Below, piece after piece: positions 1-7,307 of a DNA stretch of 29,232 bases. The stretch is taken from positions 1-29,232 of the forward strand of contig DXVG01000001.1 of assembly GCA_019409045.1 (NCBI GenBank), written 5' to 3'. The stretch comes from Clostridiales bacterium. Its GTDB lineage: Bacteria > Bacillota > Clostridia > Christensenellales > Aristaeellaceae. Under the pieces are notes generated by a model. The model was not told where the DNA came from, searched no databases, and saw only the letters and a list, made by a program, of their open reading frames with translations. The translations under genes were made by a program, and so were the position numbers. Position 1 is the first letter of the stretch. Every line of letters starts with the position of its first letter.

Positions 1-66
1 CGCCGCGAATAAACTTTGCTCTATTCGCACCCCAAAAGGGGTTTACACAGAATTTAGGATTGACCC
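1..66. mobile_element. Terminal end (inverted repeat, 41-66) of an IS256-family-like insertion sequence; the element body lies left of the window
   Basis: Reverse complement of 41-66 is GGGTCAATCCTAAATTCTGTGTAAAC: terminal G, TCC at positions 8-10 and TGTGTAAA at 18-25, the layout I recall for IS256-family IRs. It supplies the stop codon of ORF 43..531. No transposase is visible in the window. Confidence 0.65.
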
Positions 67-531
67 AAGCTTCCCACTGGGGGAAGTTCGTATTATACGC
101 TCCCGATGGCGTTCATTCTCGGCTTTGATTCGTTCGGATTCCGTTTTATAGTGTGCATCGTATTCTTCCTGCAAAGAACGTTTCTCGCGCTTTTCCGCAG
201 CAAGTCCTGAAATAAACACGATACCGAGCACCGCAAGGCCAAGACCAACTACACCCATAAAAGCGATAAAGCCTGACCCCAGAAACAGACAACTCGCAGC
301 AATTACCAACCCCGATACTGCGAGAAATATAGCAGTAAACCAGGATGAGGAATCATTATCTTCCTCAACATACTTCCGTTTTGGCAAAGGCTGCAAATCC
401 AGCACCGGCTTTTTCTCATCGCTGATGCTCTTGTAGTTTTCTATGATCTGTTCCTGCGCCACAATGGAGCTTTCCAGATCAATGGCATGCTTGATATATT
501 CGATGGTTTTTTCTTTGCTGAGTACCTTCAT
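43..531 (-). pseudogene. Hypothetical membrane protein (2 TM helices plus coiled-coil), C-terminally truncated by the IS end
   Basis: GGAGG RBS upstream of ATG 531; hydrophobic hairpin WFTAIFLAVSGLVIAASCLFLG/FIAFMGVVGLGLAVLGIVFISG. The last residues GSILNSV* are translated from the putative IR. Confidence 0.6.
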
Positions 532-591
532 AAGTCATCCCTCCTGTATTCTTCAACGACCCAGCGATCCAGGAACCTGTAAAAGCACACC

Positions 592-626
592 GTTAAAGGC
601 CATTCGCGGGGCGAACGGCCTTTAAC
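592..626. terminator. Long stem-loop between the HTH gene and ORF 43..531
   Basis: gttaaaggcc-attcgc-ggg-gcgaac-ggcctttaac inverted repeat; no clear U-tract. Confidence 0.45.
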
Positions 627-655
627 ACTATCCAACCCCTCCTATTGTCTTCGCG

Positions 656-835
656 TTATCCCTTACTTTTCAAGGCTCGTTTTTCTCTGGTTGGCGGAGC
701 CGCATCCTCGGGAATGCGCCAAGGCCTCCCTTTTCCGTCCTGCTCAGCCCCGGGAATCTCTCCTTCGCGGCACCACCGGCGAACGGTATTGGGGGAAATG
801 CCAAATTTCTTTGCAAAAGCAGGAACACCGATCAC
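656..835 (-). CDS. Small excisionase-like/MerR-type helix-turn-helix DNA-binding protein (~59 aa)
   Basis: FAKKFGISPNTVRRWCREGEIPGA...WRIP is a typical HTH_17/Xis-like pattern. Start reassigned to GTG 835 with AGGAG RBS 10 nt upstream. Confidence 0.75.
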   Translation of the reverse strand: MIGVPAFAKKFGISPNTVRRWCREGEIPGAEQDGKGRPWRIPEDAAPPTREKRALKSKG

Positions 836-950
836 TTGGAAACAACTCCTTCTCAGGCGTCTGCGAGGATTCTTCATCTCAACAAGCAGCGGCCAAGGGA
901 GCCCTTCTGCACGGCGCGGAAGGGCTGGTGAACAGAACATGTCGGAAGCA

Positions 951-1181
951 TTATATAAACATACTTGCAGTAAAGACACCGCCGATAGCGCTGATGATGC
1001 CAAGGACAATGCCTGCCGTGCCCAAGCCGGTTTTGCCTCCTACTTTTTTTGCCTGAGAGCGTCCGATTGCAGACAAAATCAGGCCAGTGATACCCGCAAG
1101 ACCGTAGAATCCAAAGATAAAGCAAGAGACCAAAGAAATAACAAATCCAGCAATGCTCAAACCGTTTGTTCTATTCTCCAT
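951..1181 (-). CDS. Small two-TM membrane protein (DUF4190-like)
   Basis: NGLSIAGFVISLVS...GLILSAIG...GTAGIVLGII pattern, 76 aa. Confidence 0.7.
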   Translation of the reverse strand: MENRTNGLSIAGFVISLVSCFIFGFYGLAGITGLILSAIGRSQAKKVGGKTGLGTAGIVLGIISAIGGVFTASMFI

Positions 1182-1193
1182 TGTTTTCCACTC

Positions 1194-1622
1194 TTATTCG
1201 ATTGATTCCTGTATCATTGTGTTGTCCTTACTATCTTGTTCCTCCATCTTTTTAAGCGTTTGTTCGAGCAGCTTGTAGATGCTTTCCTGCCGCATGAACA
1301 GATTCTTAAGGTGACGCTTCTGCGTCTCCAGATAGTCACATTTGGCTTGAAAATAGAGCGTCATGAATAAAAGCAGCAGACCGCCAGCGAAGGAAATACT
1401 CTTCATGGCGAGGACGCCGCTCATGTAGCCCGCCTTCAACGATGCCTCCATCTGATAATTGTAGGCGTCGCCGCCGACATAGGCGGCACCCTCACGATCC
1501 GTCCAGGTGTATCCGTCTGACGAATAGCCGACATCGATCTCTTTAGACGGTACCGGATATACAACGGCAAATACTATCAAAAGTATCGCAGCGATATATC
1601 CCCAAATCCGAACATTTTTCAT
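1194..1622 (-). CDS. Hypothetical membrane protein
   Basis: GGAGG RBS before ATG 1622; N-terminal TM, YVGGDAYNY motif, second TM and coiled-coil tail. Confidence 0.7.
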   Translation of the reverse strand: MKNVRIWGYIAAILLIVFAVVYPVPSKEIDVGYSSDGYTWTDREGAAYVGGDAYNYQMEASLKAGYMSGVLAMKSISFAGGLLLLFMTLYFQAKCDYLETQKRHLKNLFMRQESIYKLLEQTLKKMEEQDSKDNTMIQESIE

Positions 1623-1661
1623 TCGTATTCCTCCGCTCGCCATACCGGCATCGGTTAATGA

Positions 1662-2145
1662 TTAAATATCTCCATCTACCGCTTCCCGGTCAGCCTGTTT
1701 TTCTTCCACCTTCTCAGACAACTGTTCGTCAGTAAAATAGGTATAGCTCAAAATATGCTCGTAACTTATATCACTGTACGATGCGCCGTGATAATATGTC
1801 ACCTGCTCGATCTTGACGTGGTAATCCCCCGTGTCCACATCCCATTCGTCGTAGTCTTGGAGGTCTCCAAAACCATCGATAAACTGAATAAGCGCCAAAT
1901 GAAATGTAACGCTCTCAAGTGCGCCTCCGATAAAAATGTAACAATCTCCATTTGAATATCCCAGCGGACTGCCGTACTTGCGGATCAATCCTTCGTTAAT
2001 GGTTTCATAATCATTGTCAATCAGATCCTCGAAAGCGGAGGAACGGAAATTATATTTCACTTCCCGCAATGTCTTATCCTTATCGAAACTATATTACTCC
2101 TACTAGTAGAAGCAGCGCCATAGCCAAACCCAACCACTTTTTCAT
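1662..2145 (-). pseudogene. Secreted acidic protein, disrupted by a frameshift or internal deletion just after the signal peptide
   Basis: GGGAGG RBS plus ATG 2145 encodes MKKWLGLAMALLLLVGVI then TAG. The body (YSFDKDKTLREVKYNF...) continues in another frame to 1662. The span is 484 nt, not a multiple of 3. Confidence 0.6.
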
Positions 2146-2166
2146 CCTATTTCCCTCCCATTATTT

Positions 2167-2239
2167 TACGCATCTGCGTATTTACATCTATTATACACAA
2201 GGTACGAGAAAAACGCAAGTGCGTATACGCATGTGCGAA
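2167..2239. promoter_or_regulatory. Three 14-bp palindromic operator-like sites (TACGCA-NN-TGCGTA) in a divergent intergenic region
   Basis: 2167-2180 tacgcatctgcgta; 2212-2225 aacgcaagtgcgta; 2226-2239 tacgcatgtgcgaa. Confidence 0.65.
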
Positions 2240-2274
2240 GATTTTTTTATCATCTCTACAAGAGGTGATAGGAA

Positions 2275-2517
2275 ATGACGGTCAAAGAAGCGGTCGTCGC
2301 GCGCTTTATTGAGATCATGCAGCAGCGAAACATGCGCCCCAACGAGCTTGCCAACCTGTCGGGCGTCACGCCTTCCACGGTTTACAGCATGCTGGACGCG
2401 CGGCGCAGGGAGTTGTCCATCAACGTCATCAAGAAGCTGTGCGACGGGCTGGAGATGACGCTGGGCGAGTTCTTCTCCGCGCCCATCTTTGACGCTCTGG
2501 AGCAGGAGATTCGCTAG
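2275..2517 (+). CDS. XRE/Cro-C1 family HTH transcriptional regulator
   Basis: 80 aa; [18 protein letters not shown]...[29 protein letters not shown]. Confidence 0.9.
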   Translation: MTVKEAVVARFIEIMQQRNMRPNELANLSGVTPSTVYSMLDARRRELSINVIKKLCDGLEMTLGEFFSAPIFDALEQEIR

Positions 2518-2528
2518 CGCCGCGCGGG

Positions 2529-2557
2529 TGGCAAAATGCGGCGGGGGATGTTATAAT
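2529..2557 (+). promoter_or_regulatory. Sigma-A-type promoter for the macrodomain gene
   Basis: TGGCAA-17bp-TATAAT with extended TGn. Confidence 0.55.
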
Positions 2558-2608
2558 AAGGAAAAACCGGATGCGCGGCTGCGCGCGGCGGTGCGGGAGG
2601 CGGCGTCC

Positions 2609-3601
2609 ATGCCCTTACAGATCGTCCGAAACGACATAACCAAAATGCGCGTAGACGCGATCGTCAACGCGGCCAACGGCTCCCTGCTGGGCGGCGGAGG
2701 CGTGGACGGCGCGATTCACCGCGCTGCGGGGCCGGGGCTGCTGGCAGAGTGCCGCACGCTGCACGGATGCAGGACGGGCGAGGCGAAGATCACCCGGGGG
2801 TACGACCTTCCGGCAAAGTACGTCATTCACACCGTCGGGCCCGTATGGAACGGCGGCGGCTACGGCGAGCGCGAGCTGCTGGCCTCCTGTTACCGGCGCA
2901 GCCTGGAGCTTGCCCGGGAGCACGGCTGCCGGAGCGTCGCCTTTCCGCTGATCTCCGCCGGCGCATACGGCTATCCGCGGGAGCAGGCGCTGCGCATTGC
3001 GACGGACGTCATACGCGACGAGCTGCTCCGCGACGAGGCGGACATGCTGGTGTACATCGTGGTTTTTGACCGCGCCGGCTTCCACCTCAGCGGCAAGCTG
3101 TACGCCGGGATCGCGCAGTACATAGACGACCAATACGCGCAGGCGCGGGAGGACCGGCGCGACCGGCGGCTGGTGGAGTGCGCGGCCGCCGATCCCGCCG
3201 CGCCCTGCGGCCAGCGCGCGGTCTGCGCATCCTCCTCGCTCGAGCAGGCGCTCGGCAGGCTTGAGGAGAGCTTTTCGCAGATGCTGCTGCGCAAGATCGA
3301 CGAGCGGGGCATGACCGATCCGGAGTGCTACAAGCGGGCGAATCTGGACAGAAAGCTGTTTTCCAAGATACGCAGCGACGCGCATTACAAGCCCGGCAAG
3401 CGCACGGCGCTCGCGCTGGCCCTCGCGCTGGAGCTCTCCCTGGAGGAGACGGAGGAGCTGCTCAGGAAGGCGGGGTTTGCGCTTTCGCACAGCAACAAGT
3501 TCGACATCATCGTGGAGTACTGCATCCGCAACGGCATATACGACGTACACACCGTCAACGAGCTCCTGTTCGACTTTGATCAGGCGCTGCTGGGCGCGTG
3601 A
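2609..3601 (+). CDS. Macrodomain (YmdB/O-acetyl-ADP-ribose deacetylase-like) protein fused to a C-terminal XRE-like HTH domain
   Basis: Macro motifs [49 protein letters not shown]-terminal [35 protein letters not shown]...[11 protein letters not shown] is HTH-like. GGAGG RBS before ATG 2609. Confidence 0.88.
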   Translation: MPLQIVRNDITKMRVDAIVNAANGSLLGGGGVDGAIHRAAGPGLLAECRTLHGCRTGEAKITRGYDLPAKYVIHTVGPVWNGGGYGERELLASCYRRSLELAREHGCRSVAFPLISAGAYGYPREQALRIATDVIRDELLRDEADMLVYIVVFDRAGFHLSGKLYAGIAQYIDDQYAQAREDRRDRRLVECAAADPAAPCGQRAVCASSSLEQALGRLEESFSQMLLRKIDERGMTDPECYKRANLDRKLFSKIRSDAHYKPGKRTALALALALELSLEETEELLRKAGFALSHSNKFDIIVEYCIRNGIYDVHTVNELLFDFDQALLGA

Positions 3602-3701
3602 AATGTCGCCTCGCGGCGAATCCGGCCTGCCGGGCGCGCGAGATGTCGCCTCGCGGCGAGTCCGGCAGGCCGGGCACGCGAGATGTCGCCTCGCAGGCGA
3701 C
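3601..3701. repeat. 40-bp tandem repeat (2.5 units) ending in the perfect palindrome GTCGCCT-CGC-AGGCGAC
   Basis: Units start at 3601, 3641 and 3681; units 1 and 2 match at 35/40. Confidence 0.9.
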
Positions 3702-3728
3702 CATGCGCCCGGCGCGATCTCCTATAAT
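3685..3728 (+). promoter_or_regulatory. Putative operator (3685-3701) plus -10 box TATAAT (3723-3728) for the VWA gene
   Basis: Perfect TATAAT with no recognisable -35; the palindrome ends at the expected -35 position. Confidence 0.55.
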
Positions 3729-3771
3729 GTGAGCATGCGAGACGGCATCACATTTTCAGGAGGTTTTGCAC

Positions 3772-4416
3772 ATGAACGCACAACTTACGGAGCTGGTTTT
3801 TCTTCTGGATCGCAGCGGCTCGATGGCCGGGCTGGAGGAGGACACCATCGGCGGGTTCAACGCAATGCTCGAAAAGCAGCGGGGCGCAGAGGGCGAGGCG
3901 CTGGCCTCCACCGTGCTGTTCAACGGCGAGAGCGCCGTGCTCCACGATCGGGTGGACGTGCGCAGGGTGGAGCCTATGACGCGGCGGCAGTACGCCGTCG
4001 GCGGCTGCACGGCGCTGCTGGACGCGGTGGGCAGGGCGATTTCGCACATCGGCGACATACACAGGCGCGCCCGCGCCGGGGACGTTCCCGGGCATACGCT
4101 GTTTGTGATCATCACAGACGGCATGGAAAACGCCAGCCGCCTGTACACCGCGCAGCGCGTGCGGCAGATGATCGGGCGGCAGAAGGCGCGCTACGGCTGG
4201 GAATTTCTGTTTCTGGGCGCGAACATGGACGCGGTGGAGACCGCGGCGCGCTTTGGCGTGAGCAGGGACCGCGCCGTGCGCTATCACAGCGACCGGCAGG
4301 GCACGCGGCTGAACTACGAGGTCCTGTCCGACGCGGTGTGCGGACTGCGCGCCTCCGCCGCCATCCCGCAGGACTGGGACGCGCGCATACGGGCGGACTA
4401 CGAAAAGCGCAGGTAG
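3772..4416 (+). CDS. Stand-alone von Willebrand factor A (VWA) domain protein
   Basis: MIDAS LDRSGSM, T in GCTALLDA, IITDGMEN; AGGAGG RBS. Confidence 0.9.
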   Translation: MNAQLTELVFLLDRSGSMAGLEEDTIGGFNAMLEKQRGAEGEALASTVLFNGESAVLHDRVDVRRVEPMTRRQYAVGGCTALLDAVGRAISHIGDIHRRARAGDVPGHTLFVIITDGMENASRLYTAQRVRQMIGRQKARYGWEFLFLGANMDAVETAARFGVSRDRAVRYHSDRQGTRLNYEVLSDAVCGLRASAAIPQDWDARIRADYEKRR

Positions 4417-4426
4417 CGGCGCGACG

Positions 4427-4454
4427 AGGGGGAGGGCCGCATGTCCCTCCCCCT
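4427..4454. terminator. Hairpin AGGGGGAGGG-CCGCATGT-CCCTCCCCCT, duplicated exactly at 4655-4682 (target-site duplication)
   Basis: Identical 28-mers flank the 200-bp insert between the convergent VWA and dehydrogenase genes. Confidence 0.8.
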
Positions 4455-4481
4455 CAGGATGTTGACAAAGTCAACAGACTG
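4455..4481. mobile_element. 27-bp miniature palindrome resembling two fused element ends
   Basis: CAGGATGTTGAC-AAA-GTCAACAGACTG; the left part resembles the MITE terminus CAGAGCGCTGACAAAG. Confidence 0.5.
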
Positions 4482-4482
4482 A

Positions 4483-4654
4483 CAGGGCGTTGAGAAAGCC
4501 CGCAAGCCAAGGAAGCGAGCTTGCAAACAAGGGAGCTTACATGGACGTAAGTGACCGCAGTTTGCAAGCGATGCTGACGCAGGAAGCAAAAATCACTTCC
4601 GCTTCTTTTCTTTCAGAAGTGATTTTTGCGTTTGGGGGCTTTGTCAGCGCTCTG
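4483..4654. mobile_element. 172-bp MITE, copy 1 (ends resemble IS1182-family IRs)
   Basis: TIRs CAGGGCGTTGAGAAAGCCC / CAGAGCGCTGACAAAGCCC (rc); 164/172 identical to 24783-24954; no transposase ORF. Confidence 0.85.
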
Positions 4655-4705
4655 AGGGGGAGGGCCGCATGTCCCTCCCCCTTCTCCTGTCCTCTCGCAG
4701 CGCGA

Positions 4706-5728
4706 TCAGAAGCGGATGATGCCCTTTTTGAGTATCTTGCGCGAGAGCAGCTTTTCGTAGGCCTCGACCGCGTCCTTGAAGTCGAAGTAGTCGGAGATGA
4801 AGTCCCGGATGACCAGCTTGCCCGAGCGGATCCACTCCATGACCTGCGCGTGGGCCTCGCCCTCCTCGCGCTTGCGCGGCATCTGCTGGTAGATCACGCG
4901 CCAGTTGTAGTCCGCGGCGCTGAAGTCGATGGTGATCTCCTCCTTCTCGGGAACACCGTAGCACAGCACCGCGCCGCGGTCCTTGATCAGCCCCATGCCC
5001 TGATTGACGATGGAGGGGAAGCCCGCCGCGTCGAGCACATAGTCAACGCCCTCGGGATAGAGTGCGCGCACCTGCTTTCGCACGTCCTGCTCCTTGCTGT
5101 TGATGACGTGGGCGGCGCCGTTCTTCTTCGCCTCCTCCAGCTTTTCGGGCACGATGTCGCAGGCGATCAGGTTCTTCACGCCCACCAGGTTGAGGAACTT
5201 GACGTAGGTCTGCCCCACCGGGCCGCAGCCGATGACGACCACCGAATCCTCGGGGCGGATGCCGAAGTAGCGGATGCAGGAGAGCACCTCGCGGAAGGTG
5301 ACGATCATGGCGGCGTCCACGGGGTCGATATCGTCGTCGAGCACGGTCTGTGCGAAGGCGCAGTCCGGCGCGTTGGGCGCGGCGGGGTCGCACACCACGG
5401 CGTACTCGCTCATCGCGCCCCAGCCGGAGCCGAGGCCGGGCAGGTTCTCCGGGTCCGGATCGACAAAGGGCAGAAGCACCTTGTCGCCGATCTTGAAGGT
5501 GGTGACCTTCGCGCCGACCTCCACGACCTCGCCCACGCCCTCGTGGCCGAGCATGATCGGGTACACGGACTCCGGGAAGCCCTTGAACGTGCGGTGGCAG
5601 AGCTTGACGTCCGTTCCGCACATGCCGCAGGCGACGGTCCTGACCAGCGCCTGGTATTCGTTGTAGCGGGGCTTGTTGACCTCCTGGATGGAGAGGGTTC
5701 CGTCCTTTGCGATGACCAGCGTCTTCAT
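4706..5728 (-). CDS. Zinc-dependent medium-chain (sorbitol/threonine-DH-like) alcohol dehydrogenase
   Basis: CGMCGTD, GHEGVG, GCGPVG Rossmann motif; lacks the four-Cys structural Zn lobe. Confidence 0.9.
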   Translation of the reverse strand: MKTLVIAKDGTLSIQEVNKPRYNEYQALVRTVACGMCGTDVKLCHRTFKGFPESVYPIMLGHEGVGEVVEVGAKVTTFKIGDKVLLPFVDPDPENLPGLGSGWGAMSEYAVVCDPAAPNAPDCAFAQTVLDDDIDPVDAAMIVTFREVLSCIRYFGIRPEDSVVVIGCGPVGQTYVKFLNLVGVKNLIACDIVPEKLEEAKKNGAAHVINSKEQDVRKQVRALYPEGVDYVLDAAGFPSIVNQGMGLIKDRGAVLCYGVPEKEEITIDFSAADYNWRVIYQQMPRKREEGEAHAQVMEWIRSGKLVIRDFISDYFDFKDAVEAYEKLLSRKILKKGIIRF

Positions 5729-5750
5729 GGTTCGTCCTCCTTGCAGGTTT

Positions 5751-5813
5751 ATATTATTATGTTATTACATTACAATGCAGGTACAGCATACCATATCCGG
5801 CGCGAAAAATCAA
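5751..5813 (-). promoter_or_regulatory. Promoter plus putative GntR operator upstream of the Zn-dehydrogenase gene
   Basis: Minus strand TTGATT-17-TATGCT (5813-5785); motif atattattatgttattacat at 5751-5770. Confidence 0.55.
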
Positions 5814-5991
5814 CGGTTTGCGCAAAAATATTTTTCAAATTGTAAATTTCCCTCAAATCGCGCGCGCCCTTCCGGCGGGCCTTCGCGGGCCGGCGCGCCG
5901 CACGGATGCGAGAAATATGTGCAGTATGCACAAAGCATGCGCCCCGCCATCGCAAAAAGAGCAGATTTCATGAGAAAACGGAAAATATGTG

Positions 5992-6046
5992 TTGACTTTT
6001 TGCGCAGGAGATACTATAATATGCATACATAATAATGTTACTACAA
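5992..6046 (+). promoter_or_regulatory. Promoter plus putative GntR operator upstream of the glycerol dehydrogenase-like gene
   Basis: TTGACT-17-TATAAT (5992-6020); motif acataataatgttactacaa at 6027-6046. Confidence 0.7.
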
Positions 6047-6097
6047 TGCAATGATACGCGCTTTGGCGCACGACGACAGACAAGGAGGTCATACGGC

Positions 6098-7213
6098 ATG
6101 TCCATGTTGCAGCATTCCACCCGCGCCTGGGGCTCCCCCAGCCGCTACATTCAGGGCCGTGGAGAATTGAACAACATACGCGCGCACACGCAGGTGTACG
6201 GCGCGAAGGTGTTCTTCCTGATCGACACGTTCTTCTTCGACGACATGCGCGCGCGGCTGGAGGCGCTGTACGCAGGCAGCGAGGGCGCAGTAAAGTGCGA
6301 GCGCTTCGGCGGCCAGTGCACCGAGGCGGAGATACTGCGCTGCACCGAGGTGGCCTCGGCGCTGCAGCCGGAGGTGGTGGTCGGCATCGGCGGGGGCAAG
6401 ACGATGGACACGGCCAAGGCCGTTGCGGACAACTACGGCGCGGCCAGCGTGATCGTGCCCACCACGGCCTCCACGGACGCGCCCGCGATGGGCCTTTCGG
6501 TGATCTACACCCCAGAGGGCGAGCACATCGGCGCGCGCCACTACAAAAAGAACCCGGACCTCGTGTTGCTCGACACCGAAATCCTCGCCAAGGCGCCGAT
6601 ACGCTTTCTGGTGGCGGGCATGGGCGACGCGCTTTCGACCTGGCTGGAGTGCCGCGCGAACGTGCGCTCCGCCTCGCCCAACTACGTCAACAGCGGCTAC
6701 GCGCAGACCATCGCCTGTCAGGCCGTGGCAAAGGCCTGCCACGAGACCGTGCTCTCCAAGGGCGTAAACGCGAAGCTGGCCGCGGAGCGCGGGCTGTGCA
6801 CGCGGGATGTGGAGGACGTGATCGAGGCCAACACGCTGCTCTCCGGCCTCGGCGTGCAGAACGGCTCCTGCGCGGGCGCGCACTCCATCGCCGAGGGCAT
6901 CACGGTGCTTGCGCCCTGCGCGCGGCTGTTGCACGGCGAGGTGGTGGCCTTCGGCTGTCTGGTGCAGCTCATCGTGGAGGGCGCATGCGCCGGGGAGATC
7001 GACCAGATGTACGATTTCTTCAACGCGGTGGGCCTGCCCACGACGTTTGCGGACCTTGGCATCCCCGATGCGACGGACGAGGAGATCATGAAGGTGGCCG
7101 AGGCGTCCATGCACTCCTACTGGGACGTGGAGCCCTTCCACGTCGACCCGCAGATGGTGTTTGACGGCATACAGACGGCCAACATACTCGGCATGCGCAA
7201 AAAGCGCGCCTGA
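6098..7213 (+). CDS. gldA: Glycerol dehydrogenase-like (GldA family, family III metal-dependent polyol dehydrogenase)
   Basis: SPSRYIQGRG, GIGGGKTMDTAK, PTTASTDAP, AGMGDAL, AHSI, LHGEVVAFG; AAGGAGG RBS. The substrate may not be glycerol. Confidence 0.85.
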   Translation: MSMLQHSTRAWGSPSRYIQGRGELNNIRAHTQVYGAKVFFLIDTFFFDDMRARLEALYAGSEGAVKCERFGGQCTEAEILRCTEVASALQPEVVVGIGGGKTMDTAKAVADNYGAASVIVPTTASTDAPAMGLSVIYTPEGEHIGARHYKKNPDLVLLDTEILAKAPIRFLVAGMGDALSTWLECRANVRSASPNYVNSGYAQTIACQAVAKACHETVLSKGVNAKLAAERGLCTRDVEDVIEANTLLSGLGVQNGSCAGAHSIAEGITVLAPCARLLHGEVVAFGCLVQLIVEGACAGEIDQMYDFFNAVGLPTTFADLGIPDATDEEIMKVAEASMHSYWDVEPFHVDPQMVFDGIQTANILGMRKKRA

Positions 7214-7223
7214 GCGCTCCCCC

Positions 7224-7292
7224 GCCCCCGCCGCGCATCCGGACGGCGGGGGCAAAAAAAGCGCGCCGGACGCGCAATGCGCGTCGGCGCGC
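7224..7292. terminator. Two GC hairpins between convergent gldA and eda; rho-independent terminator for eda
   Basis: gcccccgccg...cggcgggggc followed by A7, then gcgcgccggacgcgc-aat-gcgcgtcggcgcgc. On the minus strand the second hairpin is followed by T7. Confidence 0.7.
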
Positions 7293-7307
7293 CTTCAGGC
7301 GACGGCC

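Noticed and set aside
3601..3701. 40-bp repeats as a mini CRISPR array
   Set aside because: The segments between the repeated palindromes are near-identical rather than unique spacers, and there are no cas genes in the window.
4490..4650. Peptide RKPASQGSELANKGAY... appearing twice in the ORF track as a repeated protein domain
   Set aside because: It is simply the translation of the non-coding MITE copies.
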